From positions 32,001 to 96,000 of the forward strand of contig JBBQZX010000019.1 of assembly GCA_038207335.1 (NCBI GenBank): a stretch of DNA of 64,000 nucleotides, given 5' to 3'. The position numbers and the translations under genes are program-made. The notes beneath the pieces are model-generated. The model worked only from the letters and a program-made list of their open reading frames with translations, was not told the origin of the DNA and did no database searches. This document shows positions 38,185 to 48,664 of the stretch, one piece after another (within the stretch, counting starts at the first letter, position 1; each line of letters starts with the position of its first letter). Source of the DNA: Chthoniobacterales bacterium (lineage in GTDB: Bacteria; Verrucomicrobiota; Verrucomicrobiia; Chthoniobacterales; Chthoniobacteraceae).

Positions 38185-39117
38185 TTAGCTCCCGTTTTCC
38201 TCGCGATACCAGTCGTAAGTTTTTGCGATTCCTTCGCGGAGCCCGATGGCCGGAGACCAACCCAACGCCTTGATCTTCGTAACCTCCAGCAGCTTGCGCG
38301 GCGTGCCGTCGGGCTTGGTTTCGTCGAAGATGAGCGCGCCCGAAAATCCGACGATTTCGCAGATCATTTCGGCGAGTTCGCGGATGGAAATATCCTCGCC
38401 GCAGCCGACGTTGACGATCTCGGGAGAGTCGTAGTTTTTCAGCAGAAAAACACACGCACTGGCGAGGTCGTCGGCGTGCAGGAATTCGCGCCTCGGCGTG
38501 CCTGTGCCCCACACGACGACCTCGTGGTCTCCGCGGAGTTTTGCTTCGTGGACTTTGCGCATGAGCGCCGGGAGGACGTGCGAACTCGCGAGGTCAAAGT
38601 TGTCGCCCGGGCCGTAAAGATTCGTCGGCATGGCGGAGATGAAGTCGCGCCCGAACTGCCGCGAATACGACTGGCACAGCTTGATGCCCGCGATTTTCGC
38701 GATTGCATACGCGTCGTTCGTCGGCTCGAGCGCGCCGGTCAGGAGCGAGTCTTCGTGGATCGGCTGCGGCGCGAATTTCGGATAAATGCATGAGCTGCCG
38801 AGGAACAAAAGTTTCTCCGCGCCGTGATCGTGCGCGGCCTCGATCACGTTGTTTTGGATCGCGAGATTTTCGAGCAGGAACTCGACCGGAAAATCGCGGT
38901 TCGCGGCGATCCCGCCGACCTTCGCCGCCGCGAGCACGACGACCCGCGGATGAGCCTCCGCAAAGAATCCGCGGACGGCGGTGCGGTCGCGTAGATCGAG
39001 TTCGGAGCGCGTGCGGGTGATGAGATTATCGAAGCCGTCCGCAGCCAGCGCGCGCGAGATCGCCGAGCCCGCGAGCCCGCGGTGACCGGCGATGAAAATG
39101 GGGTCGTTTTTTTGCAC
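38185..39117 (-). CDS. fcl: GDP-L-fucose synthase
   Basis: IAGHRGLAGSA, AAAKVGGI, FLGSSCIYP, YAIAK, MPTNLYGPGDNF, PRREFLH, KPDGTPRK. GTG start at 39117. Confidence 0.95.
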   Translation of the reverse strand: MQKNDPIFIAGHRGLAGSAISRALAADGFDNLITRTRSELDLRDRTAVRGFFAEAHPRVVVLAAAKVGGIAANRDFPVEFLLENLAIQNNVIEAAHDHGAEKLLFLGSSCIYPKFAPQPIHEDSLLTGALEPTNDAYAIAKIAGIKLCQSYSRQFGRDFISAMPTNLYGPGDNFDLASSHVLPALMRKVHEAKLRGDHEVVVWGTGTPRREFLHADDLASACVFLLKNYDSPEIVNVGCGEDISIRELAEMICEIVGFSGALIFDETKPDGTPRKLLEVTKIKALGWSPAIGLREGIAKTYDWYREENGS

Positions 39118-39212
39118 GGGCCGGACGGTGCCGCGCAGCGGCGCGATGTGCAAGGCGCGGAGGCATGTGCTCCACCTTCCCATCCGCCGCGAATTTCGCT
39201 CTCATCCACGCC

Positions 39213-40076
39213 ATGCCACGCCTCACCGTCCTCAAGACCTACAAACTCGCCATCGGCGGAAAATTCCCCCGTGGCGAAAGTGGGCGCGTCCTGCCCGCCA
39301 AATCCGCCGACGGCAAGACACACCTCGCGAACTTCTGCGCCGCTTCGCGCAAAGACCTCCGCGACGCCGTCGTCGCCGCGCGCAAAGCGCAGCCCGGCTG
39401 GGCCAAAGCCACCCCGTATCTTCGCGGTCAAATCCTCTACCGCGCCGCCGAGATTGCCGAGCAGCGTAGCGCCGAACTCATCCACGAACTCACCCGCGCC
39501 GGCACCCGCCACGCCGCCGACGAAGTCGCCCTCGCCATCGACCGCCTCGTCCACTTCGCCGGCTGGACCGACAAATACGCCCAGCTCTTCAGCAGCGTGA
39601 ACCCCGTCTCCACGCCGCATTTCAACTTCACCTCGCCCGAGCCCACCGGGGTCGTCGGCATCCTCTGCCCCGACGCGCCCGCGCTCCTCGGCCTCGTCTC
39701 GCTGCTCGCCCCTGCCATCCTCAGCGGCAACACCGCCGTCCTCCTCGCCTCCGAATCCACCCCGCTCGTCGCCGTCACCTTCGCTGAAATCCTCGCCACC
39801 AGCGACCTCCCCGGCGGGGTCGTGAATCTCCTCACCGGCACCCGCGCCGAGCTTGTCCCGCACTTCTCCAGCCACATGGACGTCAACGCCCTCATCGACG
39901 GCTCCGGCGACCCTGCCATCACCGCCGCCGCGCACGCCGGCAGCGCCATCAATCTCAAGCGCCACGCCGCCCGCGACCTCGCACCCGCCGACTGGCACAC
40001 CGACCGCGCGCAAGACCCCTATTGGATCCTCGACACCGTCGAATTCAAAACCGCCTGGCACCCCATCGGCACCTGA
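39213..40076 (+). CDS. Short aldehyde-dehydrogenase-family protein (Rossmann domain only)
   Basis: KTYKLAIGGKFPRGESGR, FAGWTDKY, EPTGVVG, SDLPGGVVNLLTG, KTAWHPIG; 287 aa; no ELGG/catalytic-Cys domain. Confidence 0.85.
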   Translation: MPRLTVLKTYKLAIGGKFPRGESGRVLPAKSADGKTHLANFCAASRKDLRDAVVAARKAQPGWAKATPYLRGQILYRAAEIAEQRSAELIHELTRAGTRHAADEVALAIDRLVHFAGWTDKYAQLFSSVNPVSTPHFNFTSPEPTGVVGILCPDAPALLGLVSLLAPAILSGNTAVLLASESTPLVAVTFAEILATSDLPGGVVNLLTGTRAELVPHFSSHMDVNALIDGSGDPAITAAAHAGSAINLKRHAARDLAPADWHTDRAQDPYWILDTVEFKTAWHPIGT

Positions 40077-40077
40077 C

Positions 40078-41235
40078 GTGCGCGCACTCCTCATCGTCCT
40101 CGATAGCGTCGGCTGCGGTCGCGCCCCCGACGCTGCGGCCTACGGCGACACCGGCGCCGACACCCTCGGTCACCTCTTCAAAGCCGTCCCCGGCCTCGAC
40201 CTCCCCACGCTCTTCTCCCTCGGCCTCTGGAAAATCCTCACCGGCGATGTCTTCCATCCCCGCTCACAAAACACGCGCGCCAGCTACGGCCGCATGCGAG
40301 AAAAATCCGCCGGCAAAGACACCACCACGGGCCATTGGGAAATCGCCGGCGTCCTCCTCGAAAAGCCCTTCGCCACCTACACCGCATTCCCCCCCGCGCT
40401 CATCGACGCCATCCAGCGCGCCGCCGCCGTCACCTTCATCGGCAACCTCCCCGCCAGCGGCACCGCCATCCTCGAGCGCCTCGGCCCCGAGCACCTCCGC
40501 ACCGGCAGCCCCATCCTCTACACCTCCGCCGACTCCGTCCTACAAATCGCCGCCCACGACAGCATCCTCCCCGAGAAAAAGCTCCACGCCCTCTGCCGCA
40601 TCGCGCGCCGCCACGCTGACGCCTTCCACATCGGCCGCGTCATCGCCCGTCCCTTCACCGGCGAACCCGGCGCTTTCACCCGCACCGCCGGCCGCCACGA
40701 CTACTCCATCGTCCCCCCCCGCACCATCCTCAACGCCATCGCCGACACCGGCCGCCACGTCCACTCCGTCGGCAAAATCCGCGACATCTTCGCCGGCAGC
40801 GGCATCACTCACAGCCACCCCACCGCCTCGAACGCCGAAGGCATGGCCGCCATCGAAAACCTCTGGCGCACTGCCCCCGACGACGCCCTCATCTTCGCAA
40901 ACCTCGTCGATTTCGACACCCTCCACGGCCACCGCCGCGACCCGGCCGGCTACGCCAGCGCCCTCATCGCCTTCGACACCTGGCTCGCCACCTTCCTGCC
41001 GAAAATCGACCCGGGCGACCTCCTCATCATCACCGCCGACCACGGCAACGACCCCACCGCCCCCGGCACCGACCACACCCGCGAAGAAGTCCCCCTTATC
41101 CTCCTCCACGGCGACCAGCGCCGCCCCCTCGGCACCCGCGAAACCTTCGCCGACGTGGCCGCCACCTTCGCCGATTTCTTCCGTTTAAAATCCCCCTGGC
41201 CCCGCGGCAAGACCCTCCTTCGAGCCAAACGCTGA
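40078..41235 (+). CDS. deoB: Phosphopentomutase
   Basis: IVLDSVGCG, GKDTTTGHWE, YTSADSVLQIAAH, RVIARPF, NLVDFD..GHRRD, TADHGNDP, DHTRE. GTG start. Confidence 0.96.
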   Translation: MRALLIVLDSVGCGRAPDAAAYGDTGADTLGHLFKAVPGLDLPTLFSLGLWKILTGDVFHPRSQNTRASYGRMREKSAGKDTTTGHWEIAGVLLEKPFATYTAFPPALIDAIQRAAAVTFIGNLPASGTAILERLGPEHLRTGSPILYTSADSVLQIAAHDSILPEKKLHALCRIARRHADAFHIGRVIARPFTGEPGAFTRTAGRHDYSIVPPRTILNAIADTGRHVHSVGKIRDIFAGSGITHSHPTASNAEGMAAIENLWRTAPDDALIFANLVDFDTLHGHRRDPAGYASALIAFDTWLATFLPKIDPGDLLIITADHGNDPTAPGTDHTREEVPLILLHGDQRRPLGTRETFADVAATFADFFRLKSPWPRGKTLLRAKR

Positions 41236-41238
41236 CCC

Positions 41239-41278
41239 GCCCTTCGCCGTGATTCGGGCGCGAATCGCGGAGAGGGGC
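41239..41278. terminator. Long GC hairpin after deoB
   Basis: CCGTGATTCG-GGCG-CGAATCGCGG core with imperfect outer pairing GCCCTTC/GAGGGGC. Confidence 0.4.
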
Positions 41279-41535
41279 GCGCGCATCGGCGGGAGGGGGT
41301 TGCGAGGAACGTCATTGCGACATTGATGCGGAGCGCGTCTCGCGAGGCGCGCGCTTTTGCCAATGGCCCACCCGCGTTTCTGCCAATCGCCTTTGGCAAG
41401 GCGCTCGACACCCGCGCATCCTGACTCGGCGAATCGGAGAATCGCGTTTCAAAGTTTCGCCCGCTTGCGTGGTCAAAGAAACGTTGCTCTCTTCCCGACC
41501 CGCAATTTCGCGCTGCCTCTACCGCCTCTTTTCGC

Positions 41536-44500
41536 ATGAATTTCACGCCACTCCGTCTCGCTGCGATTGCAGCTTTTCTCTCCACCGCCACCGCCGCGGA
41601 GCCGATCAAACACGGCACCGGCGACGCGCCCGCCGCCGCGACGCCGGAGGCGGCGAATGCGATGAAGTCTTTTAAATATGACGGCGGGCTGAAGGTGGAC
41701 CTTTTCGCCGCAGAGCCGCTCCTCGCGAATCCGGTGTGCTTTTCAATCGATGAAAAAGGGCGCTGGTATGTCTCCGAGAGCTACCGGCAGGAGAAGGGGA
41801 TCGAGGACAATCGCGGGCACATGGACTGGCTCGCGACGGACATCGCGTCGCGCACGACGGATGACCGGCTGGCGTTGATGCACAAGTTTTATCCCGACCC
41901 GAAAAAGTTCGCGGAGAAGTTCACGCAATTCGAGGAGCGGATCGTGCGGCTGGAGGATACGAATGGCGACGGCGTGGCGGATAAGCAGACGATTTACGCC
42001 GATGGGTTTCGCGATCCGCTCGACGGCACGGGCGCGGGAATCCTAGCGCGCGGCAACGACGTGTGGTGGACGTGCATTCCGAATTTGTGGCACTTCCGCG
42101 ATGCCGACGGGGATGGAAAAGCCGAGCTGAAGGAAAAGCTGCTGAGCGGGTTCGGGGTGAAGTTTGCATTCCGCGGGCACGACATGCACGGGCTGCGGTT
42201 TGGGCCGGATGGGCGGCTGTATTTCTCGATCGGGGATCGCGCGATCCATGTGCAGACGAAGGAGGGGACGACGGTCGCGGAGCCGGACACCGGCTCGATC
42301 ATGCGGTGCAATGCGGATGGAACGAACTTCGAGGTGTTCGCGACGGGCGTGCGCAATCCGCAGGAGCTGGCCTTTGACGAGCTGGGCAATCTTTTCACCG
42401 GCGACAACAACTCGGACGCGGGGGACAAGGCGCGCTTTTTGCAATTGGTCGAGGGCGGCGATTACGGCTGGCGGATGGCGTTCCAGTATCTGCCGGATCG
42501 CGGTCCGTGGAATCGCGAGATGCTGTGGGATGAAGTCAAAGGGCCAGCGGCGAAATACATCGTGCCGCCGGTGGCGAATATCGGGAACGGGCCGAGCGGG
42601 CTGACGTTCAATCCGGGGACGGGGCTCGGCGAGCGGCATCACGGGCGGTTCTTTTTGTCGGACTTCCGCGGCGGCGCGAGCGCGAGCGTGGTGCATCAAA
42701 TCGCGCTGGAGCCGAAGGGCGCGTTTTTCAAGGTGAAGGAGCTGCACGATTTCGTGAAAGGCGTGCTGACGACGGATGTGGAATTTGGGAACGACGGGTC
42801 GCTTTACGTGCTCGATTGGGTGGAAAGCTGGGGCGGGGTGGGGAAGGGGCGCATGTATAAATTCACCGACCCGTCGGCAAACACCGCGCTCCAGGCGGAG
42901 ACGCAAAAGCTGATCGGTGAGGGGATGTCGCAGCGTGGCGATGGCGAACTCGCGGGGCTGCTCGGGCACGCGGATCAGCGTGTGCGGCAGGCCGCGCAAT
43001 TCGCGCTCGCGGTGAAAGGGGATGCCGCGGCACCTGTATTCATGCGGGTCGCGGGCGATGTGAAGGCGCCGCCGCTGGCGCGGATTCACGCGATCTGGGG
43101 GCTCGGGCAGGTCGCGGAGAAGAAGGCGGATGCCTTGCAGCCGTTGCTCGCGCTGCTGGCGGATGGCGACGCGGAGGTGCGCGCGCAGGCGGCGCATGTG
43201 CTCTCGGATCGGAAGTTCGCGACGACGGCGGATAAGCTCGTCGCGATGCTGAAAGATGCGTCGGCGCGCCCGCGCTTCTTCGCGGCGATCGGGCTGGGGA
43301 GGCTGGCGTTCAAGCCCGCGGTCGAACCGCTTTTTCAGATGCTCGCGGAGAACAACGACGCCGATCCGGTGCTGCGTCACGGCGCGGTGATGGGCCTGAA
43401 ATCATGCGCGTCCGCGGAGCAGCTCGTAGCGAAGGCGCACGACGGTTCGGTCGCCGTGCGAGTCGGCGCCCTCGTCGCGCTGCGCCGCCAGCAGAGCCCG
43501 GAGGTCGCGGTGTTTTTGAAGGACGCGGATGAATCCGTCGTGCTCGAGGCCGCGCGGGCGATCCACGACGTGCCGATCGAAGCGGCAATGCCCGCGCTCG
43601 CCGCGCTCACGACCGAGAAGCGGATCAAGAATCCGCGGATTTTGGAGCGGGTGGTAAACGCGAATTACCGCATCGGCAAAGCGGACAAAGCGCGCGCTCT
43701 CGCGGCCTACGCGGCGGATGGCTCGGCGCCCGAGGTGGCGCGCAAGGACGCGCTCGACGCGCTCGCAGAATGGGGCGGCCCGAACCCGCAAGATCGCGTC
43801 TTGAACATGTGGCGGCCGATTCCAAATCGCCCGCCGACCGATGCGGTCGCTGCCGTCACGCCAATCCTGCCAGCGCTCTTGAAAGACGCACCGGGAGGCA
43901 TCATGGAGATGGCCGCGAAACTCGCGGGCAAGCTCGCCATCGGTGCCGCCGGAGAGCCGCTCGCCGCGCTCGTTTCAAACGACAAAGCGCCCGCGCCCGC
44001 CCGCATCGCCGCGCTCCAGGCGCTCGCGACTTTGAAAGACAAGCGCCTCGAGGCGGCTGCGAAATCGGCCTTCGCGGCGAAGGACGCAAAGCTCCGCAGC
44101 GAGGCGCTCCAGGCTCTCGCCGCGCAGGAGCCCGGAGCCGCCGTGCAGATGATCGGCGAGGCGATCCAGCGCGGTTCGGTCGTCGAAAAGCAAGGCGCGC
44201 TTGCCGCGCTCTCGCTCATCCAGCGGCCCGAATCCGCGGCGCTGCTTTCGTCGCTGATGGATCAGCTCATTTCCAAGCAAGGGCCCGCTGAAATCCGGCT
44301 CGATATTTACGAGGCCGCGAAGAAGAGCGGCGCCCAGGAGGTGAAAGACAAGATTGCGCAATACAAAGCCTCCCTCCCCGCAAACGATCCGCTCGCGCCT
44401 TACAAAATCTCGCGCGCCGGAGGCGACGCCGCGCGCGGGCTCAAAATCTTCCGCGAAAAGCAGGAGGTGCAGTGCTTCCGTTGTCACAAATGCGATGGCG

Positions 44501-44850
44501 GCGACAGCGTCGTCGGCCCCGACCTCACGCACATCGGCGCGAGCAAGGACCGCAATTACATCCTCGAGTCCATCGTCTTCCCGAACAAAGTCATCGCGCC
44601 CGGCTTCGCCATCGTGAGCCTCACGCTGAAAGACGGCAGCGCCGTCGTCGGCCGCGTGCTTTCGGAAAACGGCTCCGATATCAAAGTCGAGACCCTCGAC
44701 GCCGCAGGCAAACCGCAGCAGGTCACCGTCCCGACCGCGAACATCAAAGAGCGCCTCAGCGCCCCGTCGCCAATGCCGGAAAACACCCGCGACAACCTCA
44801 CCCGCAGCGAGCTCCGCGACGTGATCGAATACCTCGCCACCCGCAAGTAA
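41536..44850 (+). CDS. PVC-type heme-binding protein (beta-propeller dehydrogenase-like domain, HEAT repeats, cytochrome c)
   Basis: LFAAEPLLANP, LEDTNGDGVAD, HGLRFGPDG, GVRNPQELAFD, HEAT repeats, GDAARG...CFRCH...GPDLTHIG...SPMP. Confidence 0.92.
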   Translation: MNFTPLRLAAIAAFLSTATAAEPIKHGTGDAPAAATPEAANAMKSFKYDGGLKVDLFAAEPLLANPVCFSIDEKGRWYVSESYRQEKGIEDNRGHMDWLATDIASRTTDDRLALMHKFYPDPKKFAEKFTQFEERIVRLEDTNGDGVADKQTIYADGFRDPLDGTGAGILARGNDVWWTCIPNLWHFRDADGDGKAELKEKLLSGFGVKFAFRGHDMHGLRFGPDGRLYFSIGDRAIHVQTKEGTTVAEPDTGSIMRCNADGTNFEVFATGVRNPQELAFDELGNLFTGDNNSDAGDKARFLQLVEGGDYGWRMAFQYLPDRGPWNREMLWDEVKGPAAKYIVPPVANIGNGPSGLTFNPGTGLGERHHGRFFLSDFRGGASASVVHQIALEPKGAFFKVKELHDFVKGVLTTDVEFGNDGSLYVLDWVESWGGVGKGRMYKFTDPSANTALQAETQKLIGEGMSQRGDGELAGLLGHADQRVRQAAQFALAVKGDAAAPVFMRVAGDVKAPPLARIHAIWGLGQVAEKKADALQPLLALLADGDAEVRAQAAHVLSDRKFATTADKLVAMLKDASARPRFFAAIGLGRLAFKPAVEPLFQMLAENNDADPVLRHGAVMGLKSCASAEQLVAKAHDGSVAVRVGALVALRRQQSPEVAVFLKDADESVVLEAARAIHDVPIEAAMPALAALTTEKRIKNPRILERVVNANYRIGKADKARALAAYAADGSAPEVARKDALDALAEWGGPNPQDRVLNMWRPIPNRPPTDAVAAVTPILPALLKDAPGGIMEMAAKLAGKLAIGAAGEPLAALVSNDKAPAPARIAALQALATLKDKRLEAAAKSAFAAKDAKLRSEALQALAAQEPGAAVQMIGEAIQRGSVVEKQGALAALSLIQRPESAALLSSLMDQLISKQGPAEIRLDIYEAAKKSGAQEVKDKIAQYKASLPANDPLAPYKISRAGGDAARGLKIFREKQEVQCFRCHKCDGGDSVVGPDLTHIGASKDRNYILESIVFPNKVIAPGFAIVSLTLKDGSAVVGRVLSENGSDIKVETLDAAGKPQQVTVPTANIKERLSAPSPMPENTRDNLTRSELRDVIEYLATRK

Positions 44851-44888
44851 CCCCTGCCGGAGCCAGTCCCCGGGTAGCACGTACCCCC

Positions 44889-46283
44889 ATGATTCGCATC
44901 TTCCTCATCTTCGCTGTTGCTTCGCTCGTCGCCCTGCGGAGCGGTGCGGTTGCTGCCGGGCAGGCGCGGCCGAACATCGCCGTCTTCCTCGCCGACGACC
45001 ACAGCATGCTCGACTCCTCCGCCTACGGCTCGTGCGATGTGCGCACGCCGAGCATGGAGCGCATCGCCGCGGCGGGCATGACTTTCACCCACGCCTTTGT
45101 CGCCAGCCCGAGCTGCGCGCCGAGCCGCGCGTCGCTGCTCACCGGTCTCATGCCCGTGCGCCACGGCGCCGAGCCGAACCACGCGAAGCCCCGCGACGAG
45201 ATTAAGAAGTGGCCCGCGTATTTCCAGGAGCTCGGCTACGAAGTCGTCGCCTTTGGCAAAGTCGGGCACTACGAGCAGACGCGGCTCTACGGCTTCGACC
45301 ACTTCGAGCACATCACCTTCCACGACGACGTCGCCGTGGCCGAGGGCGCCAAGTGGCTGCGCGCGCGCAAAAGCGACAAGCCCCTCTGCATCTTCTTCGG
45401 CACCAACTGGCCGCACGTCCCCTGGCCCGCCACCGGCGAAGGCTACACCGCCGATGCCGTCCACCTGCCCCCCACACTGCCCGACACCCCCGCCATGCGC
45501 GCCGCGATGGCCACCTACTACGCCGCCGTCGCCCGCATGGACGCCGACCTCGGCCTCGCCCTCGATGCCATCCGCGATGCACTCGGCCAGGAGACACTCA
45601 TCGTCGCCACTGCCGACCACGGCACCCAGCTCCCCTTTGGAAAATGGAACCTCTACGACGCCGGCACCCGAGTCCCACTCATCGCCTCGTGGCCGGGGAA
45701 AATCGCACCCGCCTCGCACACCGACGCCATGGTGAGCTGGATCGATCTCCTTCCCACCCTCCTCGAGCTCGCGGGCGGCACCCCCCCGGCCGGCATCGAC
45801 GGCCAATCCTTTGCCGGCGTCCTCCGCGGCGAAAAGACCACCCACCGCGAGCGCATCTTCACCACCCACAGCGGCGATGGGAAAAACAACAACGTCTATC
45901 CCATGCGCAGCGTCCGCACCGCCGACTGGAAATACATCCGCAACCTCCACCCCGAATACTACTACTTCACCCACCTCGACTGGTCCCAGAAGCGCAACGA
46001 CTACTTCGAGAGCTGGAAGACCCTTGCCACCACCGACGCCCACGCCGCCGCGCTCCTCTCCCGCTACCACCAGCGCCCCGTCGAGGAGCTTTACGACCTC
46101 CGCGCCGACCCCCTCGAGCAGCAGAACCTCTCCGCCGACCCCGCCCAAGCCGGGCGCCTCACCGCGCTCCGTGCCGAAGTGAACGCCTGGATGAAGGCCA
46201 ACGGCGATACCGGGAAAACCTACGGCAACCCGCGCCTGCTCACCGACCCGGATCGCGACGCCTCCCCCAAGGCGGAGAAATAG
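44889..46283 (+). CDS. Sulfatase (Cys-type, SGSH-like)
   Basis: PNIAVFLADD, CAPSRASLLTG, WPH, ADHG, GTRVPLI, EELYDL. Start ATG 44889. Confidence 0.94.
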   Translation: MIRIFLIFAVASLVALRSGAVAAGQARPNIAVFLADDHSMLDSSAYGSCDVRTPSMERIAAAGMTFTHAFVASPSCAPSRASLLTGLMPVRHGAEPNHAKPRDEIKKWPAYFQELGYEVVAFGKVGHYEQTRLYGFDHFEHITFHDDVAVAEGAKWLRARKSDKPLCIFFGTNWPHVPWPATGEGYTADAVHLPPTLPDTPAMRAAMATYYAAVARMDADLGLALDAIRDALGQETLIVATADHGTQLPFGKWNLYDAGTRVPLIASWPGKIAPASHTDAMVSWIDLLPTLLELAGGTPPAGIDGQSFAGVLRGEKTTHRERIFTTHSGDGKNNNVYPMRSVRTADWKYIRNLHPEYYYFTHLDWSQKRNDYFESWKTLATTDAHAAALLSRYHQRPVEELYDLRADPLEQQNLSADPAQAGRLTALRAEVNAWMKANGDTGKTYGNPRLLTDPDRDASPKAEK

Positions 46284-46351
46284 CGGCGCACGCAGCTGCC
46301 ATTACGCACGGAGTGGCTCGCAGCAGCGCAGGGTTTAGGCAGCGCCCGTAG

Positions 46352-47050
46352 TTATTTCGCGGGCGCCTCTTTGAGGAACTCTACGTTGCCGGTATCGAGG
46401 TCGTAGTGCGCGGCCACCACGGAGACGGTGCCCTTTTCGACCATCTCCTTGAGAATGGGCGCGGACTCCCGCAGTTCTTTGGCGACGTTCACTTCGTTCG
46501 ACTTGGCGGTGGCTTCCGCGTCCTCGCCGGCAGTGGCCTCCACCGCGGGCGCGATCGCCTTGACCAGCGATTGGATGTGCCCCTGGGCCTCCGCCTTGGC
46601 GGCGATCGTGTCCCTTGCCGCCTTGACCGCGCCACACCGCTCGTGGCCGAGCACCACGATCAGCTGCGTTCCCAGATGGTCCACCGCATACTCGATGCTG
46701 CGCAGCGTCTCGTCACTGAGGACATTGCCCGCGACGCGAACCACGAAGAGGTCGCCCAAGCCCTGATCGAAAACCACTTCAGGTGCAGTGCGCGAATCAG
46801 AGCAGGCGAGGACAACGGCAAACGGGTGCTGGCTGGTTGCCAATTCCGCGCGACGTTCCCCCGTCTGGCGCGGGTGCTGAAGCTTGTTGCCGATGAACCG
46901 CTGATTGCCGGCTTTGAGGCGTGTGAGGGCTTCGGCCGGTGCGACTTTCGGGGAAGCGTCGGCGTGATCTGGCTCCTTGGCGGTGAGTGCAGGTGGGAGG
47001 CATAGCAGGGCAGCGACGGTGCCACTTAGGATGTAGGACTGGTAGTTCAT
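46352..47050 (-). CDS. Secreted beta-class carbonic anhydrase
   Basis: Signal peptide; LKAGNQRF, ACSDSR, GDLFVVRVAGN, LGHERCGAV. Confidence 0.94.
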   Translation of the reverse strand: MNYQSYILSGTVAALLCLPPALTAKEPDHADASPKVAPAEALTRLKAGNQRFIGNKLQHPRQTGERRAELATSQHPFAVVLACSDSRTAPEVVFDQGLGDLFVVRVAGNVLSDETLRSIEYAVDHLGTQLIVVLGHERCGAVKAARDTIAAKAEAQGHIQSLVKAIAPAVEATAGEDAEATAKSNEVNVAKELRESAPILKEMVEKGTVSVVAAHYDLDTGNVEFLKEAPAK

Positions 47051-47225
47051 GGGTGTGTGTGGTGGCTTGGATGGATGGCGGAGGAAGAAAGATAGCGTAT
47101 AGCGGGCTGGCGGGGAGTTGGTAAGCGGAGTCTGGGAAAGGAGGAGAGGTAAGGCAATCGGTGTTTAATGGAAATTGTGTTCAGGATGAATGAAGCATCG
47201 CCGGGGCGGGCAACGGGTGCGGCGT

Positions 47226-47264
47226 TGAGTGGCGGAGGTGCGAGTGCTGAGTGGCGGAGGTGCG
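47226..47264. repeat. Perfect 17-bp direct repeat, period 22
   Basis: TGAGTGGCGGAGGTGCG at 47226-47242 and 47248-47264. Confidence 0.85.
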
Positions 47265-47599
47265 GGCCACGGGTAGCGATGGTGCGGTTGGTGGGTAGGA
47301 GGGTGGGTTCTTATAAGGGCCGATCTTGCCGGGATGTATGCTCAGGATTGCCGCTGATGCGATCTTTTACCTATACGATCGTCCCGAATACCATGGGCTG
47401 ACGCCTTTCCGGATAGTGCGCCGATTATCGCGGGTAATAGGGCAGGTCGCCTGGATGGCGGTCGTCGCGGCTTTCTCACTGCCGGACCGGGGCGGCCAGG
47501 ATGGCCGCCATACAACCGCTGATCGCGGGAGGCGGGGTGGTGGGGCAGGGGGCTATGACTGGGGGCCGCGCCGATATGCGCGGGCTTTGGCGGGCCGGG

Positions 47600-48655
47600 C
47601 TAGAGGAGGGGCTCGGCAGCTGCTAGGGCTTTGAGATAGACGCGGTGCTGGCCGCCGCCGCCGATTTCCTCGAGGAGGAGGGAGGAGGTGGAGTTGCTGC
47701 CGGCGGGGAGGAGGTGGTGGTAGGTGCGGTCGCCGGGGAGGCGGACTTCGACGCGGAAGAAGTCGCCGGCGGCATCGCGCTGCATCTGGACGCCGCCACG
47801 GTCGGAGGCGAGTTCGCAGCGGCTGATGGAGCGGCCGGCTTCGAGTTTGATGGCGATGCGTGTGTCGCCGCCGACGGCATTTTGGAAGATGAAGCCGGTG
47901 CCGTCGGCGCGTGTGAATTCGAGCCCGAGCTGCGCGGCGAACCAGCCGGTGAGGAGGATGGCGGTGGAGCGATACTCGGGGGCGTGGGCGATGGTGATGG
48001 TCTGGAGATTGGCGAGGACGTCGAGGTTCTCGGGGTGGTCGAACATTTGCGCGAGGGCCTGGCGCAGGTGGAGGGAGCGGGTCCAGTTCAGGTCGCAGAG
48101 GGTGAGGCGGGAGTTGGCGTGGGTGAGGGAGTCTTTGAGCCGGGTGAATTGGGGGCGGGGGCTCGTCCACGCCTGGCTGTCGAAGATGAGGCGATCGACG
48201 CGGGCCCAGAGTTCTTCGTCGATGGGGTCGGGGAATACGCCCTGCCACCAAAGGTGGAGGGGGAGGTCGGAGTCGAGGTTCGAGAAGACGATGTTGGCGA
48301 TGCGGTTCTGGGTGTCGCCTTCGAAGAGGAAGGAGATTTGCTCGCAGCAGATTTGCTTGGCGCCGGCGCGGCTGAGGTGGCAGTGGGCGTTGATCCAGGC
48401 GCGGACACGGGCCTCGGGCGCGGTGGGCTCGCAGCAGATGAGGATGGCGCGGCAGGCGTGCTCGCGGGTGAGCTCCATGATGAGCTCGGTGTTCGCGCTC
48501 ATGGTGCCGGAGCCTTCGCAATGGACGGCGAAATTGATGAGGGAGGCGCGGGTGGTGGCGCCGGCGTCGCGGTCCCAGAGTTTCTTGAGGTCGCGTCCGA
48601 TTTGCCCGAGTTCGACGGGCATCCCGAGCGCTGAGGTGTCGAGGGAGTCAGGCAT
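47600..48655 (-). CDS. opcA: Glucose-6-phosphate dehydrogenase assembly protein OpcA
   Basis: RASLIN, HACRAI, CCEQI, DLPLHLWW, DRLIFDS, DLNWTR; immediately downstream of zwf. Confidence 0.88.
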   Translation of the reverse strand: MPDSLDTSALGMPVELGQIGRDLKKLWDRDAGATTRASLINFAVHCEGSGTMSANTELIMELTREHACRAILICCEPTAPEARVRAWINAHCHLSRAGAKQICCEQISFLFEGDTQNRIANIVFSNLDSDLPLHLWWQGVFPDPIDEELWARVDRLIFDSQAWTSPRPQFTRLKDSLTHANSRLTLCDLNWTRSLHLRQALAQMFDHPENLDVLANLQTITIAHAPEYRSTAILLTGWFAAQLGLEFTRADGTGFIFQNAVGGDTRIAIKLEAGRSISRCELASDRGGVQMQRDAAGDFFRVEVRLPGDRTYHHLLPAGSNSTSSLLLEEIGGGGQHRVYLKALAAAEPLL

Positions 48656-48664
48656 CGCGGCTCC

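Noticed and set aside
47168..47634. Short ORFs in the carbonic anhydrase-opcA gap
   Set aside because: No recognisable motifs or typical codon usage; treated as non-coding.
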